Shown: positions 26,411 through 35,865 of the stretch, piece by piece
Position numbering within the stretch: the stretch's first letter is position 1
How the letters are laid out: every line of letters begins with the position of its first letter
Assembly: GCA_965203615.1 (NCBI GenBank)
Contig: OZ241900.1
Span: 3,879,350 to 3,943,349 of the forward strand
DNA: 64,000 nt
From: Candidatus Azotimanducaceae bacterium
GTDB taxonomy: Bacteria > Pseudomonadota > Gammaproteobacteria > Pseudomonadales > Azotimanducaceae
Direction of reading: 5' to 3'
Notes under the pieces: model-generated
Database searches by the model: none
What the model saw: the letters and a program-made list of their open reading frames with translations, nothing else
Told to the model about the DNA's origin: nothing
Translations under genes and position numbers: made by a program

Positions 26411-28858
26411 ATGGCGACCCGTCCCGACGGCCTGCCGCGTCGCGCCAGCGTGATCGTGATCGGCGGCGGCGTGATCGGCTGCTCGGTCGCCTATCACCTG
26501 GCGCGGGCCGGGGTCTCCGACGTGACGCTGCTGGAACGCAGGCAACTCACCTCGGGCACCACCTGGCATGCGGCGGGGCTGGTGGGGCAGTTGCGCACGT
26601 CCATAAACATGACGGAGCTGGCGCGCTATACGAGTACGCTCTACCGGCGCCTCGAGGCGGAAACGGGCCAGGCGACCGGCTACCGGCGCTGCGGTTCCTT
26701 TTCCCTCGCGACCGACGAGGAGCGGTTCGAAGAGCTCAAGCGCAGCGCGTCGATGGCCAAGGTGTTCGGGCTGGAGGTGAACGTCTTCACGCCTCGAGCC
26801 ATCAAGGCCCGGGTTCCGCTACTGCACACGGCGGACGTGCTCGGCGGCATCCACATTCCGTCCGACGGCTACGCCAACGCGGTGGACATCACCAACGCGC
26901 TGGCCAGGGGCGCTCGCGCCGCCGGTGCGCGCATCTTCCAGAACCTGGTGGTCACGGCCATCAATACCTCACGGGGCGGCGTCACCGGCGTGACCACGGA
27001 ACACGGCGATATCGACGCGGACTGCGTGGTGTTGTGCACCGGCATGTGGACCCGGGAGCTGGCGGCGACGGTCGGGGTGAACGTGCCCCTGCATGCCTGC
27101 GAACACTACTACGCCCTGTTCGAATCGGTCGCCGGGCTGGACGTGAACTTCCCGGTCGTGCGCGACTACGACGCCTGCACCTACTACAAGTACGACGCGG
27201 GCAATCTCCTCGTCGGCGCGTTTGAGCCCCATGCCCGTCCCTGGGCCACGGAGGGCATCCCCGAGGACTTCAGTTTTGACGAGATCGCGGGCAGCCTCGA
27301 GCACTTCGAACCGATCCTCGAGCAGGCCATGGTGCGGATCCCGGCGCTGGAATCCGCGGGCCTAAAGACGTTTTTCTGCGGGCCGGAGAGTTTCACGCCG
27401 GACGTGCGCTACCACATCGGCCGGGCGCCCGAACTCGACAACTGTTTCGTGGCGGCCGGGCTGAATTCGATCGGCCTGCAGTCCGCCGGCGGTATCGGCC
27501 GCGTCATCACGGACTGGATTCGCCTCGGCCATCCGCCGTCGGACCTGTGGGAAGTGGATGTGCGCCGCAATCACCCCTTCCAGCGCAACCGCAAGTACCT
27601 GCGGGAGCGCGTCTCCGAGAGCCTCGGCCTCTTGTATGCCACGCACTATCCCTATCGCCAATACGAAACCGCCCGGGGCGTCCGCAAATCGCCCCTCTAC
27701 GATCGGCTGCAATCCATCGGCGCGTGCCACGGCGAGCTCGCGGGTTGGGAGCGGCCGAACTGGTACGCGCCGGAAGCGGGGATGGCCAACTACGAGTACA
27801 GTTATGGGCGACAGAACTGGTTCGAGCATTCCGCTGCGGAGCACCGGGCGGTGCGCGAGCGGGTAGGGCTGTTCGACCTGTCCTCTTTCGGCAAGTTCCG
27901 GCTCCAGGGACGGGACGCGACGCGGGTCCTGAACCACGTCTGCGCGAACGACGTGGACGTGAGGCCGGGCCGCATCGTCTATACCCAATGGTTGAATGAC
28001 CGGGGCGGCATCGAAGCGGACCTCACCGTCACCCGGCTGGCCGAACACGACTACCTGGTCGTGACCGCCGCGGCCACGGAAATGCGGGACTTCGACTGGC
28101 TGAAACGGCACATTCCGCCCGGCGCCCACTGCATCCTGACCAACGTGACCTCAGGCCTGGGTGTGATTTCGATCATGGGGCCGAACGCCCGGGCGCTGTT
28201 GCAATCGCTGACCCCGGATGATCTCTCGCACCGGGCCTTCCCCTTCGCCAACAGCCGGGAAATCGAGCTTGGCTACGCCCTGGTGCGCGCCTCCCGGATC
28301 ACCTACGTTGGCGAACTCGGCTGGGAACTCTACATCCCGACCGAGTTCACGGTCGGCGTCTACGAAACAATCGTCGCCGCGGGCGAACAATTCGGCCTGG
28401 CACACGCCGGCTATCACGCGCTGGACTCGCTGCGCATCGAGAAGGCCTACCGGCATTGGGGCCACGACATCACCGACGAGGACACCCCGCTGGAAGCGGA
28501 CTTGGGCTTTGCCGTGAAGTTCGACAAACCGGGCGGGTTCATGGGACGGGAGGCGCTGCTCAGAGAAAGGGAGGCGGGGCCGGCAAAGCGGTTGCTGCAG
28601 TTCCGGCTGCTGGACCCGGCGCCGTTGCTCTACCACAACGAACCCATCTGGCACGAGGACACCCTGGTCGGATACGTAACCTCGGGCGCCTATGGCCACA
28701 CCCTCGGCGGCGCCATCGGCCTTGGCTACGTCGATACGGCCAAGGTTCCGAACGCGCCAGAGGATGGCTTCAGCATCGAAGTGGCGGGCGACCGGATCCC
28801 GGCGGAGGTTTCGTCAAGACCGATGTACGACCCCGGAAACCGGCGCATCCGACGGTGA
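26411..28858 (+). CDS. Dimethylglycine/sarcosine dehydrogenase-family protein, paralogue 2
   Basis: 'VIVIGGGVIGCSVAYHLA...LTSGTTWHAAG', 'YVGELGWELY'. It starts 7 nt after the paralogue 1 stop. Confidence 0.85.
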   Translation: MATRPDGLPRRASVIVIGGGVIGCSVAYHLARAGVSDVTLLERRQLTSGTTWHAAGLVGQLRTSINMTELARYTSTLYRRLEAETGQATGYRRCGSFSLATDEERFEELKRSASMAKVFGLEVNVFTPRAIKARVPLLHTADVLGGIHIPSDGYANAVDITNALARGARAAGARIFQNLVVTAINTSRGGVTGVTTEHGDIDADCVVLCTGMWTRELAATVGVNVPLHACEHYYALFESVAGLDVNFPVVRDYDACTYYKYDAGNLLVGAFEPHARPWATEGIPEDFSFDEIAGSLEHFEPILEQAMVRIPALESAGLKTFFCGPESFTPDVRYHIGRAPELDNCFVAAGLNSIGLQSAGGIGRVITDWIRLGHPPSDLWEVDVRRNHPFQRNRKYLRERVSESLGLLYATHYPYRQYETARGVRKSPLYDRLQSIGACHGELAGWERPNWYAPEAGMANYEYSYGRQNWFEHSAAEHRAVRERVGLFDLSSFGKFRLQGRDATRVLNHVCANDVDVRPGRIVYTQWLNDRGGIEADLTVTRLAEHDYLVVTAAATEMRDFDWLKRHIPPGAHCILTNVTSGLGVISIMGPNARALLQSLTPDDLSHRAFPFANSREIELGYALVRASRITYVGELGWELYIPTEFTVGVYETIVAAGEQFGLAHAGYHALDSLRIEKAYRHWGHDITDEDTPLEADLGFAVKFDKPGGFMGREALLREREAGPAKRLLQFRLLDPAPLLYHNEPIWHEDTLVGYVTSGAYGHTLGGAIGLGYVDTAKVPNAPEDGFSIEVAGDRIPAEVSSRPMYDPGNRRIRR

Positions 28859-29002
28859 TGGCGGCTGGTTGCCTGGCGCCGTGTAGTCCGTCAGAGCCGA
28901 AGGCGCGCACCCGTCATCCCGTCCGTTGATCGGCACTGCGTGCCGTTCTACGGCGCAGGCCGCCAACCTTCATCATCGGGCATGTGCAGCCCGGGTATTG
29001 AT

Positions 29003-29014
29003 ATGTTATAACGT
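29003..29014. promoter_or_regulatory. Near-perfect palindrome ATGTTATAACGT (Zur-box-like)
   Basis: 11 of 12 positions match the perfect palindrome ATGTTATAACAT, and the core TGTTATAACA-type half-sites resemble Zur operators as I recall them. It lies about 190 nt upstream of the small ORF and His-rich receptor pair. Confidence 0.3.
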
Positions 29015-29205
29015 ACCTGCGGCTGGTTCGCCGCAACGATACCTTTCGCTTGAGTTCTGTGACCGCATCCCATGAATGGTCGGAAAAACGAGTACGACAT
29101 CGCCGATCGCATCAGCGACAGTTGCCCCGGCCGGGCGACCGGCTGCGGTCGGATTCCGTATCCGGGCACGTCGGTCACGTCGCCAGCTCTTGCAGTAGGG
29201 AAACC

Positions 29206-29505
29206 ATGACCAGCGCGGTACCTGGACCGGGTCGCCTGATGCAGCGATGGACTTTGCTTGCCGCGTTGCTGCTGTGCGTCGGGCACTCGGTCGCCGACAC
29301 GCACGTACACCTCGATGAACATGAAGAGGAGGCCTGCACGCTCTGTGCGATCTCCGAACCGGGTCACGTTCCGGGGGTCGGACCGGTTCACGCCCGATCG
29401 TCCGAATGGTGCAGGCCCAACGGCTCGCGGGTGGTCGCGGCCATTCTTTCTCCCCGCCCATACGAAGTCGGCTACCCCCGCGCCCCTCCCTTCTCCGTCT
29501 CCTGA
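29206..29505 (+). CDS. Small Cys/His-containing protein with N-terminal hydrophobic segment (DUF2946-like?)
   Basis: 'WTLLAALLLCVGHSV' hydrophobic segment, then 'THVHLDEHEEEACTLCAIS', with '...PRAPP' near the C-terminus. Sits directly upstream of a metal-type TonB receptor. Start is uncertain (29206 or 29239). Confidence 0.35.
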   Translation: MTSAVPGPGRLMQRWTLLAALLLCVGHSVADTHVHLDEHEEEACTLCAISEPGHVPGVGPVHARSSEWCRPNGSRVVAAILSPRPYEVGYPRAPPFSVS

Positions 29506-29577
29506 CCGCAACGTAAATCGAGTGCGCGCCCGTCCTCGGACGTCGCGCGCCTGTTCGGACTTTTTTGGAGATGCACT

Positions 29578-31767
29578 ATGAATCGCACGCAACGACTCTC
29601 TGCCGCTGTGGCAACTTGCCTCGCCGTGGCCGTGTACGCCGTGGAGGCGTCCGACGAGGAACAACCGTCGGAGATAGAGGAGATTCTCGTTCTGGCACAC
29701 CCGCTGGCAAACGAAGGGCTCGCGCAGGCCAGCGACGTGCTGGACGCCGACGAGCTCGAACGCAAGGCGGTGGACAACATCGGCGCCACCGTGGGCAACG
29801 AGCCGGGCATCCACAACAGTGCCTATGGCGCGGGGGCTGGGCGCCCCGTCATCCACGGCCTCGGCGGCGCACGCGTACGCGTCATGGAGGAACAGATCGA
29901 CACGCTTGACGTTTCCGTCAGCAGCGGCGACCACGCGGTCACGGTCGACCCCTTCATAGCCGAGCGAGTGGAAGTCCTCAAGGGGTCGGCGACCCTGCTA
30001 TACGGCTCAGGCGCCATCGGTGGCGTGGTCGATGTCCACACGGGACGCATACCGCACGAAGTGCCGGATCGCGTCAACGGGATCTTCGACCTGCGCGGCT
30101 CCGACAACGGCGACGGCAGGAACGGGGCGTTCCGGCTCGGTGGCGGCGGCGGCGGCGTGGCGTGGCATGTCGACGGCTTCGCCCGCCAGGCGGACGACTA
30201 CGACATCCCCGGGTTCGCCGAGTCCGCCGCGCTACACGCGCTGGAGGAAGAGGAGGAGCACCACGACGAGGACGAGCACGGCGACGACGACCATGGCCAC
30301 GAGGCGGACGAGCACCACGACGAAGAAGAGCACGAGGAGGAAGCCTATGGGCATCTGCCCGGCAGCGGACTCGAGGTCAACGGCGGTTCCGCCGGCTTGT
30401 CCTTCGTCGGCGACCGCGGTTTCGTCGGGTTCTCTGTCAGCGGCCTCCAGTCCGAGTACGGCATCCCCGGCCACAGCCATGCCCACGGCCACGACGACGA
30501 GCACGGGGACCACGAGGACGAGCACGGGGACCACGACGACGAGCACGAGGAACACGCCGACGATCACGAAGAAGAGGAACATCATGGCGAGGAGGGCGCT
30601 CCCATCGTCGACCTCGATCAGACGCGCATCGACCTGGAGGCTGGCCTGGCCGACCCGTTCGACGGCTTCGAGAGCCTCAACCTCCGGCTTGGTATCAACG
30701 ACTACGAACACGCGGAGAACGAAGCCGGCGAGGTGGGAACGGTATTCTCGAACGACGCCTGGGAAGCGCGCGCGGAACTGACACACGGTCCGGCCGGTGG
30801 CTGGCGCGGCGCCCTCGGCGTCCAGCTCGGCAACCGCGAGTTCTCCGTGGCCGGCGAAGAGGCCTTCACGCCCCCCGTCGACACGTCGTCCTTAGGCCTG
30901 TTCTGGGTCGGCGAGCGCTCCCTCGGCGAACTCGGTCTCGAGGCGGGCCTGCGCTTCGACCGCGTCGCGCACGACCCCGCGAATGGCAGCAGCCGTGACT
31001 TCGGCGGCGCCAGCGCTTCGCTGGGTCTCATCGTGCCGCTCAGCGAGCGCTGGGAGGGTACCCTGCTGGCCGACTACTCGTCCCGTGCTCCGGTGGGCGA
31101 GGAACTCTTCTCCGACAGTCCGCACCCCGGCACGGGCGTCTTCGAGATCGGAGATCCCGAACTCGGCCGGGAGCAGGCCCGCAGCCTGACCGCCACCCTC
31201 GCCGGTGGTGGCGACGGCTGGTCCCTGCGGGGAACCTTTTACTACACGAACTTCGTGGACTTCATCTACCAGGCCGCGACGGGTGAGGAGCGGGACGGCT
31301 TCGACGTGCGCCGGTACTCCCAGGCCAACGCGGCGTTCCCGGGTTTCGAGGTGGAAGGCCAGGTGACCGTCGCCGAGTGGGGCGCCGGACGTCTCGAGAT
31401 CGGGGCTTTCTTCGACACGGTGTCGCCAAAGCTAGATATCTCCGGCAACGACAACCTGCCGCTCATCCCACCCTCGAGGACCGGCGTGTCTCTCGCGTTC
31501 ACGGGTGACCGCCTGCGGGCCAACGTGGACTACGTGCGCGCTTCCGAGCAGGATGACGTCGCCGAGTTCGAGTTGCCGTCGGACTCCTACGACGACCTGC
31601 GCGCCCGCGTCGCATGGCGTTTTCGCCCGGGCGACATGGTCGTCGACCTGTACCTTGCCGGACGCAACCTCACGGACGACGAGCAGCGGCTGCACACGTC
31701 TGTTGTCAAGGACCTGGCGCCCCAGCCGGGACGCACGATCGAAGCGGGACTCCGCATGCGATTCTAG
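29578..31767 (+). CDS. TonB-dependent receptor with two extreme His/Asp/Glu-rich inserts (ZnuD-like metal receptor candidate)
   Basis: Signal peptide 'AAVATCLAVAVYAVEA' and plug 'IEEILVLAHP'. Inserts are 'EEEEEHHDEDEHGDDDHGHEADEHHDEEEHEEE' (~30240-30345) and 'HSHAHGHDDEHGDHEDEHGDHDDEHEEHADDHEEEEHH' (~30466-30595). Terminal '...GLRMRF'. Confidence 0.85.
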   Translation: MNRTQRLSAAVATCLAVAVYAVEASDEEQPSEIEEILVLAHPLANEGLAQASDVLDADELERKAVDNIGATVGNEPGIHNSAYGAGAGRPVIHGLGGARVRVMEEQIDTLDVSVSSGDHAVTVDPFIAERVEVLKGSATLLYGSGAIGGVVDVHTGRIPHEVPDRVNGIFDLRGSDNGDGRNGAFRLGGGGGGVAWHVDGFARQADDYDIPGFAESAALHALEEEEEHHDEDEHGDDDHGHEADEHHDEEEHEEEAYGHLPGSGLEVNGGSAGLSFVGDRGFVGFSVSGLQSEYGIPGHSHAHGHDDEHGDHEDEHGDHDDEHEEHADDHEEEEHHGEEGAPIVDLDQTRIDLEAGLADPFDGFESLNLRLGINDYEHAENEAGEVGTVFSNDAWEARAELTHGPAGGWRGALGVQLGNREFSVAGEEAFTPPVDTSSLGLFWVGERSLGELGLEAGLRFDRVAHDPANGSSRDFGGASASLGLIVPLSERWEGTLLADYSSRAPVGEELFSDSPHPGTGVFEIGDPELGREQARSLTATLAGGGDGWSLRGTFYYTNFVDFIYQAATGEERDGFDVRRYSQANAAFPGFEVEGQVTVAEWGAGRLEIGAFFDTVSPKLDISGNDNLPLIPPSRTGVSLAFTGDRLRANVDYVRASEQDDVAEFELPSDSYDDLRARVAWRFRPGDMVVDLYLAGRNLTDDEQRLHTSVVKDLAPQPGRTIEAGLRMRF

Positions 31768-31835
31768 GAAAACACTATTAAATCAGCATGTTGATGGGGT
31801 GTCCCGATTGCGGTACGCGCGACCCGCGCCGCCGG

Positions 31836-33377
31836 TCAACGCCCCATCTCTGCCGGGGAAAGGAGGATCGGAAACTCCGCCCGCACTCGTGCATCGACTT
31901 CGTCGCTGACGTGGCGCGGGACATGGGTGGCGAGGATGTCCCGTGTCTTCTTGATCGCCTCCTGCAGCAGCACCGGCTTGCCCAGTTCCTCCCAGACATT
32001 CGGGCTGGTGCGGTCGCTGAAGTCCGGATAGAAGTACTCGCTTTGCATCACCTGCAGTGTGTTCCCGGAGCCCAGGTAGTGACCCTCCCCGCTGCTGCAG
32101 ATCTGTTCGATCTCTGCGAAGCTCAACGTGTCGGGGTTGACCTCGATGCCGCGGGTAGCGCGCCCGACAGATCCGAGGAGGTCGTTGTCCAGGATGAGGC
32201 TTTCGGGGCACGTGCCCAGCAGGCTGGCGTACATGCCGGCGGACTCATAGACGATGTTCGCCCCGGACAACGCGGCTGACAGCACCGTCGCGGCCCGTTC
32301 CGCGCCCGCCTGGAAGTCCGGAAACTTGGCGTCGCTCATGCCGCAGGCGGTGCCGAAGGGCAGGTCGAGATGATTACCTGCCTGGGCGCAGGCGGCTGAC
32401 AGCAGGCCCTGCTCCGGCGAACCCCCGCTCATCGCCCCGGTGCGCAGGTCCGAAACGAACGGCCAGGCGCCGAGGATGGCCGGTGCGCCGGGTTCGATCG
32501 CGTTCACGTAAACCAGTCCGCCGAGGCACTCCGCCCAGGCTTGAGAGACCGTCCCGGCAAGATAGGCGGGCGCCGTCGCACCGGCCTGACCAGCGGACAG
32601 CAGCAACACCGGCATGCCGCCTTCCACCGCGACCCGCAGACATTCGAGCGCGTCGGTGGCGAACTTGAGCGGCGGCACCACGAAGCAGTTGGACTGGCTG
32701 ACGAAGGGGCGTGCCCGCCACGCGGCTTCGCCGCCGGCGATCATGTGCAGCATCTCGAGGCTCTTCTCGACATGCGGGCCTACCGTCCAACTGGAACCGA
32801 CGTGCTTGCCGGTGCCCATCACGCAGCAGTAGAGGGTATTGATGTCGAGCGCGTAGTTGTCGGGAGCGTCTCGGGGCACGCAGGTCCGCTGGAACATGTG
32901 AATGTGCTCGCAGGTGTCCGCGATGCGCGCCATGTCGTAGAGATCCTGCGCCTCGGAATCCCGGTAGACGCCGTTCTCCGAGTCGGCGACCATGACCGCG
33001 GCGCCGGCGGTGGAGAAGTGCACCCTGGCACCGCTCAGGTCCAGGTCCCACCGCGGATTCTGACCGTGCAGCACCAGGTTCCGCCGGGCCAGTTGCAACG
33101 TCCGTTCGACCAGGCTTCGCGGCATGCGCAAACGCCCGTCGTCGCCGAGCACCGCGCCAACCGCGGTGCAGGTTTCGATGCAATGGGGTGTGGGGTCTGC
33201 GAAACCCACCCGGTCGAGAATCCGGAACGCATTGTCCACGATGGCCTCAACGCCGGCTGCGGACAGGGGCTGAAAATGACCACCGGTGTGTCCCGGCCGA
33301 ACCGGCTTGACCGCTTCGGCCAGGGGCGCGGCGCGCTGGGCCTTGCGCGCCCGTCTACCGCCTGATCGTCGTGCCAT
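31836..33377 (-). CDS. MttB-superfamily (trimethylamine methyltransferase family) protein, non-pyrrolysine type
   Basis: 513 aa from the ATG at 33377. Family-like blocks include 'IVDNAFRILDRVGF', 'PPLKFATDALECLRVAVEGGMPVLLLS', 'GANIVYESAGMYASLL' and 'GHYLGSGNTLQVM'. The reading frame is continuous with no in-frame TAG. Confidence 0.85.
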   Translation of the reverse strand: MARRSGGRRARKAQRAAPLAEAVKPVRPGHTGGHFQPLSAAGVEAIVDNAFRILDRVGFADPTPHCIETCTAVGAVLGDDGRLRMPRSLVERTLQLARRNLVLHGQNPRWDLDLSGARVHFSTAGAAVMVADSENGVYRDSEAQDLYDMARIADTCEHIHMFQRTCVPRDAPDNYALDINTLYCCVMGTGKHVGSSWTVGPHVEKSLEMLHMIAGGEAAWRARPFVSQSNCFVVPPLKFATDALECLRVAVEGGMPVLLLSAGQAGATAPAYLAGTVSQAWAECLGGLVYVNAIEPGAPAILGAWPFVSDLRTGAMSGGSPEQGLLSAACAQAGNHLDLPFGTACGMSDAKFPDFQAGAERAATVLSAALSGANIVYESAGMYASLLGTCPESLILDNDLLGSVGRATRGIEVNPDTLSFAEIEQICSSGEGHYLGSGNTLQVMQSEYFYPDFSDRTSPNVWEELGKPVLLQEAIKKTRDILATHVPRHVSDEVDARVRAEFPILLSPAEMGR

Positions 33378-33432
33378 GGCAGTTCTCCCTAGACGCTGGA
33401 AACATAGCTTACCGAATCCCCACAGGCGCCTC

Positions 33433-35865
33433 TCATGCGCGCAACCGCGCGTTGTCGGGATCCCAGGGACTTTCCTGCACCACGCGCGCGGGGTATCTCG
33501 CACCGAGAATCTCGATGTCGACCGTGGTACCCACTTCGGCAAGCTCGGGGCGCAGCATCGCCAACGCCAGGGACTGCTCCAGCCGGAAGCCGTAGTTGCC
33601 GCTGGTTGCCCGCCCGACCATCTCGCCGTCGACGTAGAGCGGGTTGTTGCCGATGGGATCGGCGTCTTCGGGGCCGTCCACGGCGAGGGTGACGAAGCGG
33701 TTGGCGAAGCCGCGCTGGTGCCACTCGAGGAGCCCGGCGCGGCCCATGAAGTCGCCCTTGTCGAGGCGCACGAAACGGTCGAGGCCGGACTCGAGCGCGG
33801 CGTACTCGATGGACAGTTCCGTCCCGATCATGCGGTAGGACTTCTCGAGGCGAAGCGAGTCCATGGCGCGGATGCCGAAGGGCCTCAAGCCGAGCCCGTC
33901 GCCGGCTTCCATGAGGGCGTCGAAGATGGCGTTCTGGTACTCGATGCCGTGGTGGATCTCCCAGCCGAGCTCGCCCACGAAGTTGAGCCGCAGGAGCTTC
34001 ACGGGGGCGAGACCGATGGTTGCGTCCTTGCCGGTGAGCCAGCGGAACGCGGCGTTCCCGAGGTCGCTGTCGCAGACGCGCGACAGGAGTTCCCGGGACT
34101 TCGGTCCGGCGATGACCAGCACGCCCATCGCGGCGGTCAGGTTCTCGAACAGCACCGAGCCGTCGGCGGGTAGCTGGTGCCGCAGCCAGTCGTGGTCCAG
34201 CCGCTGGAAGGCCCCGGCCGACACCAGGTAGAAGCGATCCGCCGCTTCTCGGTGGATGGTGAACTCGGAGTGCACGCCGCCCAGCGTGTTGAGGGCGTGG
34301 CACAGTCCGATACGTCCGATCCGGGGCAGGCGATTGGCGACGAAACCATCGAGAAACGCCGCGGCGCCGGGGCCGCTGACGCGGGCCTTGGCAAAGGCGG
34401 TCATGTCGAGCAGGCCAACGTTGTCGCGGACATTGCGGCATTCGTCGCCGACGGCCTCGAACCAGCGGGAACGGCGGAACGACCAGTGGTCTTCCCGGGG
34501 AACGCCCTCCGGGGCGAACCAGTTGGGCCGCTCCCAGCCGAACTTCTGCCCGAATACGGCACCCAGGTCGCGCATTCGACCGTAGCACGGCGCCGTGCGC
34601 AGCGGGCGCCCGGCGGGGCGCTCCTCGTCGGGATAGTGCACGGTGAAGACGTTGGCGTAGGCTTCCTCGTTCTTCGCCTTGAGATAGGCGCCGGTGGCGT
34701 AGTCGCCGAAACGGCGCGGGTCGACGCCTAGCATGTCGATACTCGGCTCGCCTTCAACGATCCACTCGGCAAGCTGCCACCCAGCGCCGGCGGCGGCGGT
34801 GATACCGAAGCTGTGGCCCTCGTTGAGCCAGAAGTTGCGCTTGTCCCATGCGGGGCCGACGATGGGACTGCCATCGGGGGTGTAGGCGATGGCGCCGTTG
34901 TAGACCTGCTTGATGCCCAGCTCGGCGAACGCGGGCACGCGGCGAATGGCCGATTCGATGTGGGGTGTCAGGCGGTCGAGGTCGTCGTTGAAGAGTTCGT
35001 ATTCGCTCTGGGCGTCCGGGCCGTCCAGGTAGCAGGCGGGCGCGCCTTTCTCGTACGGGCCTAGCAGCAGCCCGCCGGCCTCTTCGCGCATGTACCAGGA
35101 GCCGTCGGATTCGCGCAGCACGCCCATCTCCGGCAAACCCTCGGCGTGCCGTGCAAGGATGTCGGGATGCGCATCGGTGACGATGTACTGGTGCTGGACC
35201 GGCAGTACCGGGATGTTGAGGCCGACCATGGCGCCGGTGCGCCGCGCGAAGTTGCCCGTTGCGGAGACGACATGCTCTGCGATCCAGTCACCCTTGTCGG
35301 TCCGCACGAGCCATTCGCCGCCGGAAGTCTGTTCGATACCCGTGACACAGGTCTGGCGATGGATGACCGCGCCCTTCGCGCGGGCGCCCCGGGCCAGGGC
35401 CTGGGTGAGGTCGGCCGGCTGGATATAGCCGTCGTCGGGGTGGCGGATGGCGCCGACGAGGCCATCGGTCACCGCCAGGGGCCAGATCTCGCACACCTCG
35501 TCCGGGGTGAGGTACTCGACATTGACGCCGATTGTGCGGGCAACGCCGGCGTACTGGCGATACTCGTCCATGCGGTCGGGCGTCATGGCGAGGCGTATGT
35601 TGCCGACGGTGCGCAGGCCCACGTCGTCGCCTGTCTCCTCCCTGAGCCGGCGGTAGAGATTCACCGAGTACTTGTGAATCTGGCCCACCGAGTAGCTCAT
35701 GTTGAACAGCGGCAACAGGCCGGCGGCGTGCCAGGTCGACCCGGAGGTCAGCTCCTTGCGCTCCAGCAGGGCCACATCCGACCAGCCCTTTGCCGCCAGG
35801 TGATAGAGGGTGGCAACGCCGACCACTCCGCCGCCGATGACCACGACTCTCGCATGTTGCGCCAT
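33433..35865 (-). CDS. Dimethylglycine dehydrogenase-family protein, paralogue 3
   Basis: 'VVVIGGGVVGVATLYHLA...LTSGSTWHAAG', 'FVGELGWEIH'. Its start codon directly abuts the upstream stop (TAAATG). Confidence 0.85.
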   Translation of the reverse strand: MAQHARVVVIGGGVVGVATLYHLAAKGWSDVALLERKELTSGSTWHAAGLLPLFNMSYSVGQIHKYSVNLYRRLREETGDDVGLRTVGNIRLAMTPDRMDEYRQYAGVARTIGVNVEYLTPDEVCEIWPLAVTDGLVGAIRHPDDGYIQPADLTQALARGARAKGAVIHRQTCVTGIEQTSGGEWLVRTDKGDWIAEHVVSATGNFARRTGAMVGLNIPVLPVQHQYIVTDAHPDILARHAEGLPEMGVLRESDGSWYMREEAGGLLLGPYEKGAPACYLDGPDAQSEYELFNDDLDRLTPHIESAIRRVPAFAELGIKQVYNGAIAYTPDGSPIVGPAWDKRNFWLNEGHSFGITAAAGAGWQLAEWIVEGEPSIDMLGVDPRRFGDYATGAYLKAKNEEAYANVFTVHYPDEERPAGRPLRTAPCYGRMRDLGAVFGQKFGWERPNWFAPEGVPREDHWSFRRSRWFEAVGDECRNVRDNVGLLDMTAFAKARVSGPGAAAFLDGFVANRLPRIGRIGLCHALNTLGGVHSEFTIHREAADRFYLVSAGAFQRLDHDWLRHQLPADGSVLFENLTAAMGVLVIAGPKSRELLSRVCDSDLGNAAFRWLTGKDATIGLAPVKLLRLNFVGELGWEIHHGIEYQNAIFDALMEAGDGLGLRPFGIRAMDSLRLEKSYRMIGTELSIEYAALESGLDRFVRLDKGDFMGRAGLLEWHQRGFANRFVTLAVDGPEDADPIGNNPLYVDGEMVGRATSGNYGFRLEQSLALAMLRPELAEVGTTVDIEILGARYPARVVQESPWDPDNARLRA

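Noticed and set aside
23843-26569. 908-aa minus-strand ORF opposite DMGDH paralogue 1
   Set aside because: Shadow ORF. The plus-strand frame carries unmistakable FAD and GcvT-fold motifs, while the antisense translation has no recognisable domain and a skewed Arg/Gly/Ala composition.
29565-30998. Alternative-frame ORFs across the His-rich region (e.g. 30020-30781, 30162-30998) as independent genes
   Set aside because: They are by-products of the repetitive GAC/GAG/CAC-rich DNA that encodes the receptor's His/Asp/Glu inserts. The receptor frame is continuous, with plug and barrel motifs on both sides.
31836-33377. Pyrrolysine (in-frame TAG) in the MttB-family gene
   Set aside because: The ORF is continuous across its whole length with no internal amber codon, and no pyl genes are in the window. 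It is therefore a non-Pyl MttB-superfamily member.
33389-34588. 399-aa alternative-frame minus ORF and the N-terminal extension of the MttB ORF to 33542
   Set aside because: The extension overlaps the DMGDH 3' end and has no family similarity. The ATG at 33377 ('MARRSGGRRARK...') gives the normal MttB length. The 399-aa ORF is an out-of-frame overlap of DMGDH.
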